A stretch of 64,000 bases of DNA. Origin: Longimicrobiales bacterium. Lineage in GTDB: Bacteria > Gemmatimonadota > Gemmatimonadetes > Longimicrobiales > Gaopeijiaceae. The notes beneath the pieces are model-generated. The model was not told the origin of the DNA. It worked only from the letters and a program-made list of their open reading frames with translations, and did no database searches. This document shows positions 48,185 through 59,582 of the stretch, one piece after another. Each line of letters starts with the position of its first letter. Within the stretch, counting starts at the first letter, position 1. The translations under genes and the position numbers were made by a program. Location: the NCBI GenBank assembly GCA_965219035.1, contig CBDCMR010000001.1, forward strand, positions 381,529 to 445,528, written 5' to 3'.

Positions 48185-49447
48185 GTGATCGAAGTTACTG
48201 GACGTAGGTTGGCTTTGGGCACTGGCCAGGGAGTTCAATCGTGTCCGTTGCGCGCGGTGGGACTGATGGTCACGGTGTTGCCGACGTTGGTGGCGTGCGC
48301 AACTCAAACCCAGCATGGCCCTCCCAGGCCCTCGGCGCCCGTGCCTGTGAGTCCGACGGTGCAGGTTCCCCTCACGGCCGATTCCCACCTCCATATCCTG
48401 GACTTTCTACAGAACGGCGAATACCTCGTCGATGGGAGGCTAGTCTACAGTTCTCCGGCCAACACTCTGCCCGCTGGCGAACGGGGCCGGCGTATCGAGG
48501 CGGTGCTGTGGGCCATGGACCAGGCCAACGTGAGCCACGCGGTCATCACGGGTATGCCCTTTCTCAAGAAATGGGCGGTGGGTGACCCCTCCCGGCCAAC
48601 GTATTACCTGGATAGCAGTTCCCGCGTCGTGCGAGCGCGAGACACTGATTATGTCCTAGCACTAGCGATCGAAGACTACCGCCGAGTACACGGGGCGGCG
48701 GCTCAGCTCGAACGGCTGTTCCCGTTTGTCTCCGGATTCGACGGGACGGACCTCGGTGCGGTGGACATGATCGTAAAGCGCATTAAGGAATTCCCCGGTG
48801 TGTTCAAGGGAATCGGCGAGGTGATGTCTCGCCACGATGACTTGACCAACCTGACGACCGGTGAGCGTCCTCACGCGGATCACCCGGCACTGTTCCGCAT
48901 CTTCGACTTCGCTGGCCGAGTCGGTCTACCCGTGAGCATTCACCACAACGTTGCCCCCATCTCCCCGCAAGGAGAGGCGAGGGACACCGACTATCTTCCG
49001 GAGCTGCTGCATGCGTTCAACGAGTTCTCCAACACGACCTTCATCTGGTGCCATGCCGGCATCAGCCGTCGCATAGTCGTCGATTCTCTTCCAGTAGTTC
49101 TGGCGTCGGTACTCGCGACTCACAGAAACCACGTCTACATTGACCTATCCTGGGTGGTCTACGAGGACTACGTGCTAGAGGACCTGAGTGCGTGGACGGG
49201 ATTGATCGAGCAATACCCCGACAACTTCGTGATTGGATCAGATGCGGTTGGGCGCTACGAAGGGTACGAGGATACTGTCCGCCGGTACGATCGGCTCCTA
49301 TCGAGATTGACCACTGGCGCTGCAGAGAAAGTGGCCCGGGACAACCTCCTGCGAATCATGCCAGAGGACGGGACCACCCTGGATCCCGGTTACGTCTATC
49401 CAGAAGAGGCTTATACACGGAGAGGAGGTCCCGACCGGTCCCGGTAA
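48185..49447 (+). CDS. amidohydrolase-2/TIM-barrel metal-dependent hydrolase family lipoprotein
   Basis: Lipobox MVTVLPTLVACAT (probable start 48266). HLHILDF (HxH), ...FIWCHAG..., ...DNFVIGSDA.... Confidence 0.65.
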   Translation: MIEVTGRRLALGTGQGVQSCPLRAVGLMVTVLPTLVACATQTQHGPPRPSAPVPVSPTVQVPLTADSHLHILDFLQNGEYLVDGRLVYSSPANTLPAGERGRRIEAVLWAMDQANVSHAVITGMPFLKKWAVGDPSRPTYYLDSSSRVVRARDTDYVLALAIEDYRRVHGAAAQLERLFPFVSGFDGTDLGAVDMIVKRIKEFPGVFKGIGEVMSRHDDLTNLTTGERPHADHPALFRIFDFAGRVGLPVSIHHNVAPISPQGEARDTDYLPELLHAFNEFSNTTFIWCHAGISRRIVVDSLPVVLASVLATHRNHVYIDLSWVVYEDYVLEDLSAWTGLIEQYPDNFVIGSDAVGRYEGYEDTVRRYDRLLSRLTTGAAEKVARDNLLRIMPEDGTTLDPGYVYPEEAYTRRGGPDRSR

Positions 49448-49489
49448 ACACGTGTCGGACATGACGCCTTCCAAGCCGCTGCGGGACTT

Positions 49490-49840
49490 GTGCTGCGTTA
49501 CTACCGGTCGGTGGACGCGACGATCACGAGATCGGACACGGTCCGTCGTGTTGTGGCGCGTACTCGTGCCTTGGACGAGGATCTCTTGAAGGGCTCGTCA
49601 ACGGTTCCATACACCGCCGTCGTTGAGGAGCTCCTGGATCCGCGGTCCAATCGCACTCACGGACAAGTCATCACTGCTCAGAGAGCAGAAGAACTCGAGC
49701 TGAACATTGAGCATTTTTCTCCCGACCATCCTACGTGGGCGATGTACTGGAAACTCTACTGCCTTCAGCGGTGCGAAGTGCGGGACGACAAGAAGCTCTT
49801 CGAGTCTAATTTCGTATCGCTGACCATCGACGGCACCTGA
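49490..49840 (+). CDS. hypothetical protein
   Basis: 116 aa, moderate GC, no recognised motifs. Confidence 0.3.
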   Translation: MLRYYRSVDATITRSDTVRRVVARTRALDEDLLKGSSTVPYTAVVEELLDPRSNRTHGQVITAQRAEELELNIEHFSPDHPTWAMYWKLYCLQRCEVRDDKKLFESNFVSLTIDGT

Positions 49841-50145
49841 GCCACAACACCGAAGGAACAGACAGGAAATCGGGCAAGGGCAGACACGCACCATGTGCCA
49901 CGGCAAGGGCGGGAATTGGCGCAACAACACTGACCGTGTTTCCCAGCGTGCACGACACGCAGACCGAAGCCTAGAAGGTCGCGTGAGCTAGGATCAAAGG
50001 CATCATAGGGGCATGGCGACCGCTACCGGTACCGATCAGCAGCTAAGCAGCCCGAAGACGAAGAGGCGTTCTCCTCCGGGAACGGGTGCGCGTTCATCAT
50101 TGTTCGCGCAAGGAAGCAACCCACCTATCCAAGAGGAGAACGCCG

Positions 50146-51201
50146 ATGGAGAGATATATCGGACTCGACGCACACGCGTCGAGCTGCACGCTGGGGATCG
50201 TAGGACCCAGCGGAAAACGTTTGGGCTCGCAGGTGGTGGAAACGAACGCGCGGGCGCTGATCGAGGTGCTGCGAGGGATTCCGAGGAACCGGCACTTGTG
50301 CCTGGAAGAAGGGACGCTGTCGGGGTGGCTGTACGAGGTGCTGGAGCCGCACGTGGAGGAGCTAACGGTGGCGGGGGTCGGCAAGAGCCGGGGCCCGAAG
50401 ACCGACAAGCTGGACGCGTTTGCCCTGGCGGAGAAGCTTCGGATCAGATCACTGGAGACGAGGGTCTACAAGAACCGGGGCCAGTTCAGGCGGCTGGGGG
50501 AACGGGCGAAGAGCTACGACTTCCTGGTCGGCGACACGGTGCGGGTGAAGAACCGGCTCAAGAGCGTGCTGCGCTCGAGAGGAGTGGCCTACGGCGCGGG
50601 GCGCTCGGTCTACTTGAAGCGCGACCGGGAGGAGTGGTTGGCCAAGCTGCCGGAAGCGAGCAGGGCGACGGCCGGGTTGCTGTACGAGGAGCACGACGCA
50701 CTCGTGGCATTGAGGGCGAAGGCCGAGAAGGCGTTGCTGGCGGAAGCACGCAAGCATCGAGAGTGGCATGTGCTGAAGACGTGCCCGGGTCTGGGTCCGA
50801 TCCGGACGGCGGAGCTCCTGCCGGTGGTGGTGACGCCGTACCGGTTCCAGAGCCGGAGCAGATTCTGGGCGTACTGCGGACTGGGCGTGGTGATGCGGAG
50901 CTCGTCGGACTGGGTGCGGGGTCCGGGTGGGCGGTGGGTAAGGGAAGCGGTACAGCAGACGCGGGGGCTGAACCGGAACTTCAACCACACGCTGAAGCGT
51001 GTGTTCAAGGGCGCGGCGACGACGGTGATCGGTCGGGCCGAAAACGAACCCTTGTACCGCCACTACGAGCGACTCCTGGAGGGGGGCACGAAGCCGAATC
51101 TGGCGAAGCTGACGATCGCGCGTCAGCTCGCCTCGATCGTGCTAGCGGTGTGGCGCACGGGCGAAGCGTACGACCCCAAGAGACTGGAAGCGACGGAGTA
51201 A
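50146..51201 (+). mobile_element. tnp: IS110-family (DEDD) transposase
   Basis: MERYIGLDAHASSCTLGIV...KTDKLDAFALAEKL (DEDD N-domain). C-terminal LKTCPGLGPIRTAELLPVVVTPYRFQSRSRFWAYCGLGVVMRSSSD. Confidence 0.9.
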
Positions 51202-51649
51202 ACCGGGCCGGGATCGGCGAGCGTGGGGTCGAAAGCGGTCACAACATGGGGTCCGACGAAACGGAAGCGAACCGGTTACAGGGGACAGCATCCATACACA
51301 CCGTGGGCCGGGGCAGAGAGCCCAAGCCCCCACTCAAAGGCTATGCACCCCTGGAGAGCCGAACGAAGCGATGGGCCACAGAGTCCCAGATAGAAGGATG
51401 GTTCCCGCTCCAGAGCGGAGAACGCGACGGCTGTGAACGTCTTCCGGACTGCGATGCGGACCCTGCGAGCGCACCCCTCCCCACCCTGAGTCGTCGACCG
51501 GGCAATCCAAACCATGCGGACGCCGACGGTCAAAAAATGAGCCGACGGCGCGTGGGGAAGGTGCGTCTTGACCGCCAGCCCCATAGAAGGGTGTGTAAAA
51601 GAGAGCCAGCCGCGGCCACGCTTGGATTCCAGCCCTGCGAGCGCTACGG

Positions 51650-52605
51650 CCTTCTCCCACCAGCGCTGCGTCCACGAACAGCTCACGCACCTCGAGCGAT
51701 CCTGCGGCGAGGGCAGCACGGGCGCGTCCCCGATACCGGGATTCCTCTTTCGCCCCTCCTCCAGGGCGGCGAGCGCCTCGGCGGTCACCGGCGTCCGGTG
51801 CTCGTAGCCCGACTTGTCGTGCTCTGCGCGCCACCGCACCACTCCGCATTCAAGGTCGACATCCGACCATCGAAGCTGACGGATGGCGCCGATGCGGTGT
51901 CCTGTCTCGTGTGCGAGGACCAGAGCAACGTGAAAGCGCCAGTCCATCTCCAGAGACATGTGGAGCAGGACCCGGTATTCTTCCTCGGTAAGCATCACCC
52001 GTGTCGGGTTCTTCTCCGTGGGCGTCTTCAGGCCCTTGAGCGGGTTCGAGCCGAGGAGCAGTTCGCCCCGCTCGTCCCTCGACTTCACGGCCCAGTTGAG
52101 CACCGCGAGCAGGAACTTCAGGTCCCGTTCGATCATCCGGTCGGACACCGGTTTGCCGCTCGGGCCGACCCTGCCCGCCCGCGCGCCGCTCCCGGATGAA
52201 GCGGTCCCAGTCGCGCTGGGAGAGCGTTGCGGGCTTCCGGTCCCTGCCGAAGCACCCGAGGAACATCCTCATCGCGGCCCTGTCGTGCAGCCGCGACCGC
52301 CCACGCTTGGTGGGCGTCACCTCTTCACCGTAGATGTCAAAAAGCGTCTTGAGGGTGAGCGGCTCGGGCTCGGCTTCCGCCTTGCCGTTGAGCTCCGGCC
52401 CGACGAAGCCTGCGGCGAACTCGTCCGCCTGCTTCTTCGCGCGAGCCCAGTCGGGGTGGCCCAACGATTTGCTGAGCCTGCGCCCGTTCTCGCGCCACTC
52501 GATCTGGAACAGGCCGGTCTTGGGATCGGGAAAGACCCGTACCCGGTTCCGGCCCCATTCGCCAGCGCCGTAGGAGCGCCGGATAGGTTTCGTGCGTGCC
52601 ATCAT
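51650..52605 (-). CDS. tyrosine recombinase/integrase, at least one frameshift (~52150) and a degenerate catalytic C-terminus
   Basis: N-terminal SAM-like/core-binding region in ORF 51850..52605 (KTLFDIYGEEVTPTKRGRSRLHDRAAMRMFLGCFG). It continues in ORF 51276..52148 (LKTPTEKNPTRVMLTEEEYRVLLH...HVALVLAHETGHRIGAIRQLRWSDVD...HDKSGYEHRTPV). Confidence 0.7.
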
Positions 52606-53050
52606 TCGATTCCTCCCTCGATGATGGACTGCACGATCTGCGCGTTGGAAACTTCGCCTCGGCGATGCTTTTCCACCAGTAGCGGTGTGGCTGGCGCCTG
52701 GGTCTTCCGTGGCAGGTGCGAGCGGGCGATCCTGGGCGCGCCGGGCCTTCCGGCGTTGGGGATCCTGCCGTCGCGCACGAGGCGGCCGAGATGGTCAGCG
52801 GAGTAGCCGCTCTCCCTGGCTGCCTCCGTCAGCGAGAGGGTTGTCTCGTCCCTCTCCCGTAGCGTGGCCTCGAGCTCGGCCGCGCAGCTTTCGAGCGCCA
52901 CGGCCGGAGTGTCGCCCCCGTACCGGCGGAGCGCCTTGGCCTGCGTCCGCCAGGTGACTGGCAGGGTCTCGACGGACGCGCCGCGAGGTGTGCGCGCACG
53001 TTTGGGTCGATCTCGTCGGCCCGCCGCCCGCCCGGTCTCCGCGTTCATTC
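52602..53050 (-). CDS. excisionase/HTH-family small DNA-binding protein (Xis-like)
   Basis: MNAETGRAAGRRD...LSLTEAARESGYSADHLGRLVRDGRIPNAGRPGAPRIARSHL. ATGA overlap with the integrase start. Confidence 0.5.
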
Positions 53051-53697
53051 CCAGTCGCCCTCGGCGTCTCTGCGGAGCGCGTCGGTGAGGGCCGGGTCCC
53101 CCTCGCCGCGCCGAACGGAGCGCTCGGCGAGATCGACGCGGCGTTCCAGGTCGGAGAGCCCGGCGGCGCGTGCGATGGCGTAGAGGGAAACCCTGACCTC
53201 CCACAGCAGCACCGACAGCGACACCCCGGTGGCCCGCGGCCTTGGCCCGCCAGTCGGCGAACTCGGGTGGCGATAAGTGGGCGATGACGATGGAGGAGAG
53301 GAGGAAGACGGCGGACGCAGAAGCGGATGTCCATGCGAAGCATTCGAGAAAGGCGGCTCCCGGAGGCCCCCACAGGCCTGCGGACGGCCCGTAGCTGGCT
53401 GTGCCAACAGGGGAACGACCGAGTGCTCCAAGGGTATGGGAGCATTCAGGCCGCTCAGGCGTAGCGTCGCACTGACGAAGAAGGAACGCCAGCCGGTGCC
53501 CCTCTCCGGGGCGCACTTCCGATGACCGGCCTGCCTGTCATGCCACGACTGGAACGTGAAAACGACGCGGGGGGTCGATTCACAGCCTGGCACGACTGCG
53601 ATTCACAGGGTCCTGCTCGCGTATCCGATTACACCGCAATGTCTTACGCCTATCCGGCCCGGTCGGCCGGAGCCGGGCGGGCCAGTTCGGCGGCGAA

Positions 53698-53787
53698 GGG
53701 AGCGACCCCCCAAGCCGAGGGCTTGGTACGGGCGCGGGGCGGTGCGCGTTTTCACACGCCCGTCCCCGCCCCCTGGGGGTCGCTCCC
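53698..53787. repeat. 90-bp GC-rich palindromic repeat element, copy A
   Basis: GGGAGCGACCCCCC...[internal hairpin CCAAGCCGAGGGCTTGG]...GGGGGTCGCTCCC. The RC matches 58499..58588 at roughly 85% identity. Confidence 0.8.
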
Positions 53788-53889
53788 TTCCAATCAATCC
53801 CTCGCGGGAAGGCTGCCTACGGAGGAACCACTAGTCCCAGCAGGGGGAATAATGGCGGAGAATGGAGTCGACCCCCGCTGCCTCGAGGT

Positions 53890-54600
53890 TTGATCGTGCC
53901 CAATTTTACTCCAGAATGGCGACTGCTAGAGCCACACGTCGATCTCCAAGCGCTCGGACTGTACCTGGACACGGTCGAGCAGCAACTTGACTTTCTCCGG
54001 GACCAATGGCGGGTGCAGCTCAATGCTGACCTGCGGGCCGCGACTGAGGACGAGAGCGGCTGGCTCCAGCAAGAGTCGCAGATAAGGGAGGCACACGTGA
54101 CCAGGTCGCTGCGGGGCGGATTCATCATAAGTCTTTGGGCTTCGTATGAGTCAGGCGTCTCGGAAGTCGCGAACTTGCTCGAGGACGCGAAGCGCCTTCC
54201 CAGAAAATTTCCGAAGGTCTCCGGGAAAAAAGTTTCCGGGGAAACTTGGGTTGACAAGGCCAAGACTTATTTCGCCAGCGTACTAGAATTCCCTCTCCAT
54301 CCCGACCCAGACGATTGGGACCGGCTCCAGGTGTTGTATGCTGTTCGTAACACATACGCTCATGCCAATGGTCGGCTTCGGCTCATGGGGAAACACGTTC
54401 GCAAAACGCTCAAACCCGTCATCGATGCTGGTAAGGGCATTACGTATGAGTGGGACGGCCTGCACGTGGACAGGCCGTACGTGCGTAGAAGCTATGAACT
54501 CGTCGAGCCCTTAATGAAAGACCTCATTAGTAGAGCGAATCCGGTGCCCACCAAGCGGTACAATGTGTTGTCCACGCTGGGGACGAACACCCGAAACCCG
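53890..54600 (+). CDS. HEPN-domain (Rx4-6H) protein, candidate RNase toxin or abortive-infection factor; 3' end uncertain
   Basis: ...[20 protein letters not shown] contains R-NTYA-H, the HEPN catalytic motif. Helical N-domain. The ORF reads through antisense of the collagen-like gene, so the real stop is unknown. Confidence 0.5.
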
Positions 54601-54830
54601 ACTGCGTACACGGCTTCGTCTATGCTCGACTCCGCGATGACGTCCGACCAGTCCAGCGTTTCGCCTTGGGGCCCTTCAGGGCCTTGGGGTCCTTCAGGGC
54701 CCGTAGCTCCATCGGCTCCGTCAGCCCCTGGAAGGCCTTGCGGCCCCGTTGGCCCCGCAGGGCCGAGCGGACCCTCGCATCCGAGGGCGAGAGATACTAC
54801 GGCGAGTGGAACCAGGAATCTGGTGAGCAT
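54492..54830 (-). CDS. collagen-like triple-helix repeat lipoprotein
   Basis: Lipobox [20 protein letters not shown] plus (GPx)n [38 protein letters not shown] plus globular tail. Confidence 0.6.
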   Translation of the reverse strand: MLTRFLVPLAVVSLALGCEGPLGPAGPTGPQGLPGADGADGATGPEGPQGPEGPQGETLDWSDVIAESSIDEAVYAVGFRVFVPSVDNTLYRLVGTGFALLMRSFIKGSTSS

Positions 54831-55019
54831 AGGGTTGGTTCTCCGTTGTCGCCTTCGGGGCTCTCGACGACCCGTCTTCGTTTGGCCCCCCTGTAGTGGG
54901 CGTTGCCCGGGGGCTGCTTCTCGGGCTTGGCCCTATCGAGCCCGACCGCACTTCCAAGAGCGAGTGCGCACCATGCAGGTAGGTGGCCCCTCGACGGCTG
55001 TCAACCTCCGCACGGGTCC

Positions 55020-56333
55020 GGTAAAGAGACATGGTACACACTTAAGTAAAGGGACATGGGTTACAGTCGGCACCTCTGAAAGGAGGAGGCCGATGCCGTT
55101 CGAGGAGACTCATGTCATGGAAGAGAGAACGCGGTTTATCGAAGAAGCCCATCGCAGTCTTCGGAGCTTTGCTGCGGTGTGCGATCGATACGGGATTAGT
55201 CGCAAGACAGGCTACAAGTGGATGGATCGATGGCGGCGAGCCGGGCCAGCAGGTCTGGAGAATCGAGCGAGTCGACCCGGGCATTGCCCATGGGCTACGC
55301 CTAGTGAGGTGGTCGAGACGATCCTCGAGGTTAGACGCAAGTATGACGACTTCGGGCCGAAGAAGATCCGGTGGTACCTGCAGACGCATCGGCCGGAGCT
55401 AGCACTGCCCTCACGACAGACGATGCACAACATCCTGGTGCGTCACGACCTGGTGCCGAGGCGTCGGCGAAGGGTGCGCCGCTGGCACCCGGGTCGACCC
55501 GATACCAACGCATCTGAACCGAACGGGACGTGGACGGCCGACTTCAAGGGCGAGTTCCCGATGGGTGACGGTGAGCTGTGCTACCCGCTTACTGTGCAGG
55601 ACATGCATTCGAGGTTCGTACTGGAGTGTTGGGGTCGTCCGGACGTGACAATCGACGGCGTGATCCCAGTGTTCACGCGGCTATTTCGCCAACACGGTCT
55701 ACCCGAACGGATCCGTACGGACAACGGCACTCCCTTCGCTTCGAACGCACTAGGCCGTCTCTCTCGGCTGTCCGTGTGGTTCATTCAGGTGGGCATTCTG
55801 CCTGAGCTCATCGAGCCTGGCTGCCCTCAGCAGAACGGCAAGCACGAGAACATGCACCTGGTGCTAAAGAGGCGTACCACCCGACCTCCGAGCTCCAACA
55901 TGCGGACCCAGCAGCAAGCGTTTCGAAGATTCAGGAAGCTCTACAACGAAGTCCGGCCTCACGAGGCGTTGGACGGTGCCGTGCCCTCCAATCTCTACCG
56001 ACCCTCACCTCGACCCTTCCCGAAGCAACTCGACCCGGTCACGTATCCGGGCCACTTCGAGACCCGGCTCGTCAGCACGAACGGTGGCATCCGCTGGTAC
56101 GGGGACCGTGTGCCCGTCGGCCGACTCTTCGCTGGGCATGAAGTCGGACTGGAAGAGATTGACCACGGTCTCTTTGAGGTCTACTTCGGACCCATCTGGC
56201 TAGGACGCTTTGTTGAACCCAAACGCCTCATCTTCGACTCCCTCGGACGAGGGAAGAGACGAACTGGAGGCACTTGCAAAGGACGGAGAACTGTTACTCA
56301 GGTCTCTTGACTTAACTGTTACCCAGGTCCTTT
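55020..56333 (+). mobile_element. tnp: IS481-family insertion sequence, copy B (transposase 55092..56310)
   Basis: Near-identical to copy A (F/L difference at ...VPVGRLFAGHE). Same terminal sequences. Confidence 0.85.
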
Positions 56334-56515
56334 ACCGCTCAACGTCACGGTCCGCCTCGGGTCCGCAGCGAGCATCTCCTCGAGCGCGTCCCGCTCGGCC
56401 GGGTCGACAGACATCCCATACTTCTGCTTCACGGCCACGACCGTCGCGGCATACCAACCCTAACTGCGCTCCGGCCTCCACTCGCCCGCGTCGTTGTCGG
56501 ACTTCTGGTTGACCT

Positions 56516-57750
56516 AGCCCCCTGAAACGAGACCAGGTCCAGTGTTAGGATTTGGGCCGGTCGGGACCAGGAGGAGGTCAACATGGCAGCGCAGAAGAGG
56601 ATGTCTGCGGGACAGATCATCAACGCTCTCCGGAAGGCCGAAGTCGGGATTGCGAACGGGAAGAGGATCAAGGAGGTGTGCCGGGAGCTGGGCGTGAGCG
56701 AGCAGACCTACTACCGGTGGCGGCGGGAGTATGGAGGGATGAAGACGAGCCAGGCGAGGCGGCTGAAGGAGCTTGAGAAGGAGACCCAGCTCTTGAAGCG
56801 AGCAGTGGCCGATTTAACCCTGGACAATCTGATCCTGAAGGAGGCGTCCAAGGGAAACTTTTGAGCCCCGAGCTGCGGAGGCGGTGCGTGGCAGAAGTTC
56901 GTCAGCGGTTCGGGGTGAGCGAGAGGAGAGCGTGCAGGGTCTTGGGCCAGGCCCGCACGACGCAGCGCCGCAGGAGCAACAGAAGTGCGGACGAAGAGGC
57001 GCTGAGGGAGGACATGGTGAAAGTAGCCCGCAGGTTTGGACGCTACGGGTACCGGATGGTGACGGGGATGCTGGAGGACGAAGGGTTGGGTGGTGAAGCA
57101 CAAGCGGGTGGAGCGGATCTGGAGGCAGGAGGGGCTGAAGGTGCCGGAGCGGCAGCCGAAGCGAGGTCGGCTGTGGCTCAACGACGGATCGTGCATCCGG
57201 CTGAGGCCGCTGTATCGGGGCCACGTCTGGTCGTACGACTTCGTGGCCTCGAGGACGCACGACGGGCGTGCGCTGAAGCTGCTGACAGTGCTGGACGAGC
57301 ACACGAGGGAGTGCCTGGCGATCGTGGTGGCTCGCAAGATCCGCTCGCACGACGTGCTCGAGGTGCTGGCCGATCTGTTCGTCCGACACGGGCCTCCCGA
57401 GTATCTGAGGTCGGACAACGGACCGGAGTTCACCGCGAAGCTCGTGCGGCGGTGGTTGAGGCGCGTCGGCGTCGAGACGCTCTTTATCGAGCCGGGCAGC
57501 CCGTGGGAGAACGGCTACAACGAGAGCTTCAACGGCAAGCTCAGGGACGAGCTGTTGAACGGGGAGATCTTCTACTCGTTGGCGCAGGCGGCCGTGCTGG
57601 TCGAGCAATGGAGGCGCGAGTACAATACCGTCCGACCCCACAGCGCCTGCGGCGGCTTTCCCCCGGCCCCTGAGGCGATTAAGCCGTCGCCCTGGTTCCT
57701 GAGGATGCCCGTCCTTCACGGCCCTCCACAGGTGCTGGGACTAACATAGG
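56516..57750 (+). mobile_element. IS3-family insertion sequence (OrfA 56583..56864; OrfB 56861..57749 with internal frameshift ~57090)
   Basis: OrfA MAAQKRMSAGQIINALRKAEVGIANGKRIKEVCRELGVSEQTYYRWRREYGG. OrfB ...FGRYGYRMVTGMLEDEG | WVVKHKRVERIWRQEGLKV...LRSDNGPEFTAK...PGSPWENGYNESFNGKLRDE (DDE). Left IR TGAAACGAGACCAGGTCC. Confidence 0.9.
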
Positions 57751-58311
57751 ATGTGGTACCGCTCTTGGGGGCAGGTCATTCACGGCGATGGCATGCTGTT
57801 GGCCAGGCAGGTACGGACTTCGGACGATCCCCATACGTCATCCGCCAACCGCCCAGGCGCTCGCGACTTGAATCGGAAGGCCGGCGAGCACGGAGTGGCG
57901 AAGGTGTGGCAGGATGCGAAAGTGTCGTTGGACTACAGTGTCCGGACATACTATACGAAATCCGGCATTACCTATCTGCACCGGACGATCACCCTGCCCG
58001 ACGACGTGTGTGTCCGCGGGTCGCATTCCGTTACAATTGACGAACCCGGGAAGATACGGATCACTTTCTATCCTGCGGCTGTCGACCTTTGTCATGAGCG
58101 TTTCGAGAAGCTGAAGGATGCAATTCCGTTCGAAGCTGAGAAGCCGCCGAACGCACCTGCGACGCGTCGCGCTCCGAATCAGTGGTATTACCGCCTTGAC
58201 GAGGGATCGTGGCACAACGGCAGAGCGCGTCTAATTGACTTTGTATGGGACGTGGAGGATGCTCGGCGCAAGCACGATGACCCTGTGTCTGACGAGCCCG
58301 AAGGGCCTTAG
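57751..58311 (+). CDS. hypothetical protein
   Basis: 186 aa, no motifs recognised. Directly abuts the IS3 right end. Confidence 0.3.
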   Translation: MWYRSWGQVIHGDGMLLARQVRTSDDPHTSSANRPGARDLNRKAGEHGVAKVWQDAKVSLDYSVRTYYTKSGITYLHRTITLPDDVCVRGSHSVTIDEPGKIRITFYPAAVDLCHERFEKLKDAIPFEAEKPPNAPATRRAPNQWYYRLDEGSWHNGRARLIDFVWDVEDARRKHDDPVSDEPEGP

Positions 58312-58498
58312 CTACCTCGCGTTCGTCGAACGGCGTGGAGCGCGATCAGGCCCCATGCCTCGGCACCATGAACAGCCTGCCCTTCGACTGGGCCGCGTAC
58401 CTGGCCGACGAGAGCCGAGACCCGGAAGCCGGATCGGTCCGTTGATACGCCGCTCACAGCGGCGCTGGACGGCCTTCCCGCCAAGGGATCCATGGACT

Positions 58499-58588
58499 GG
58501 GAGCGACCCCCGGAGGGCGGGGGCCAGCGTGTGAAAACACACCTAGCCCCGCGCCCGTAGCAGGCCCTCGGCCTGGGGGGTCGCTCCC
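58499..58588. repeat. 90-bp GC-rich palindromic repeat element, copy B (inverted relative to copy A)
   Basis: GGGAGCGACCCCCGGAGGGCGGGGGCCAGCGTGTGAAAACACACCTAGCCCCGCGCCCGTAGCAGGCCCTCGGCCTGGGGGGTCGCTCCC. Confidence 0.8.
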
Positions 58589-58600
58589 CTCCACGTCGGT

Positions 58601-59508
58601 GCTGCCCAGTGCGGCACAGGCGGCCGGGTGGCAGCGCCCGCAACTCCAAGCGCCCGCACGGGATAGCCGAATCCGGCGTCTGCGCATCTTCACGGGTGCC
58701 ATGCGTGCATCGACCCCCAACGTCTCATGCACGCTCCAGTACGGCACAAGGCGTGGGCTTCTCATCGGAAGCGTGCTCCCGCGAGCCGAACCGTCCGCCA
58801 GATGTCGGTGCGTTGCATCAGCCCCCGCCCTGCCTGCCTGCGCGCCCGCTTCGTCAGCGCGACGCTGCGCTTCATCGCGGCCTGCAAGCCTCCGTACTCC
58901 ATCAGGACCGGGACATCCCCCTTGATGATGGCCTGGTCGATAAGGTCGATCTCGCGGCCGATCCCGTGGTCGAATTCGGAGGGGCGGGGATCCCGCGCCC
59001 AGTTGGCGAGCACGGTCTCCGCCCGGCTGTCCTCCTCCGGTGTCCGGACGATGGCCACGACCTCGATCCCGCAGCCGCGATCCCAGAGCGCCTTCCAGAG
59101 TTCGCGGTGCGCGGCACCCCAGGAGCGGAGTGCCGTCGCTGTCTTGTGGCCCGGATCGAGGTAGACGAAAACGGCGCGCCGGGCGTCCAGCGCGACCGGC
59201 AGCCGGAGCGGGAAGTAGCGCCGGAGGTTCCCGGCCGCTCCCCGGTAGACCCGTTGGGGCAGGAGCGGGCGCTCGATGCCGAGCGCCTCGAAGGCGGCCA
59301 CCTTCTCCGGCTCGGTCGGGAGCCAAGGCAGGCGGGAATGATCAAGCACATAGTCGAGCGAGAGCAGGCGCCGCATCAGCACTTCCGTGGAGGTGATCCG
59401 GCGGCGGCGGCGGTTCCCGGCGCCGAGCGCCCGGTAGATCCGGCGCGCGTGGATTCGGCACACTCGACCGATGCCGTCGATGCCGGGCGGATCCTCTTCG
59501 ACGGCCAC
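58601..59508 (-). mobile_element. winged-helix replication-relaxation-like gene (longer copy; ORF 58762..59508) plus ~160-bp 3' tail shared with the copy at 11711
   Basis: VAVEEDPPGIDGIGRVCRIHARRIYRALG...RRRRITSTEVLMRRLLSLDYVLDHSRLPWLPTEPEKVAAFEALGIERPLLPQRVYRGAAGNLRRYFPLRLPVALDARRAVFVYLDPGHK.... Lacks the N-terminal 65 aa present in copy 1. Confidence 0.45.
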
Positions 59509-59582
59509 GCCCCGCGCGGGCGCGGCGAAGCGGATGTGGAGATTGTGCCGTCCGGCGGGGGTGCGCCTGCGCCGCTACGGTT

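Noticed and set aside
53045-53593. 182-aa minus-strand ORF overlapping the Xis start
   Set aside because: Only the last ~50 aa look protein-like. The rest is Pro/Ser/Arg-rich shadow. Insufficient evidence for a gene.
56861-57090. Programmed -1 ribosomal frameshift between IS3 OrfA and OrfB
   Set aside because: The observed frame break is ~230 nt inside OrfB (between ...LEDEG and WVVKHKRV...), not at the OrfA/OrfB overlap. More likely an indel than the programmed site.
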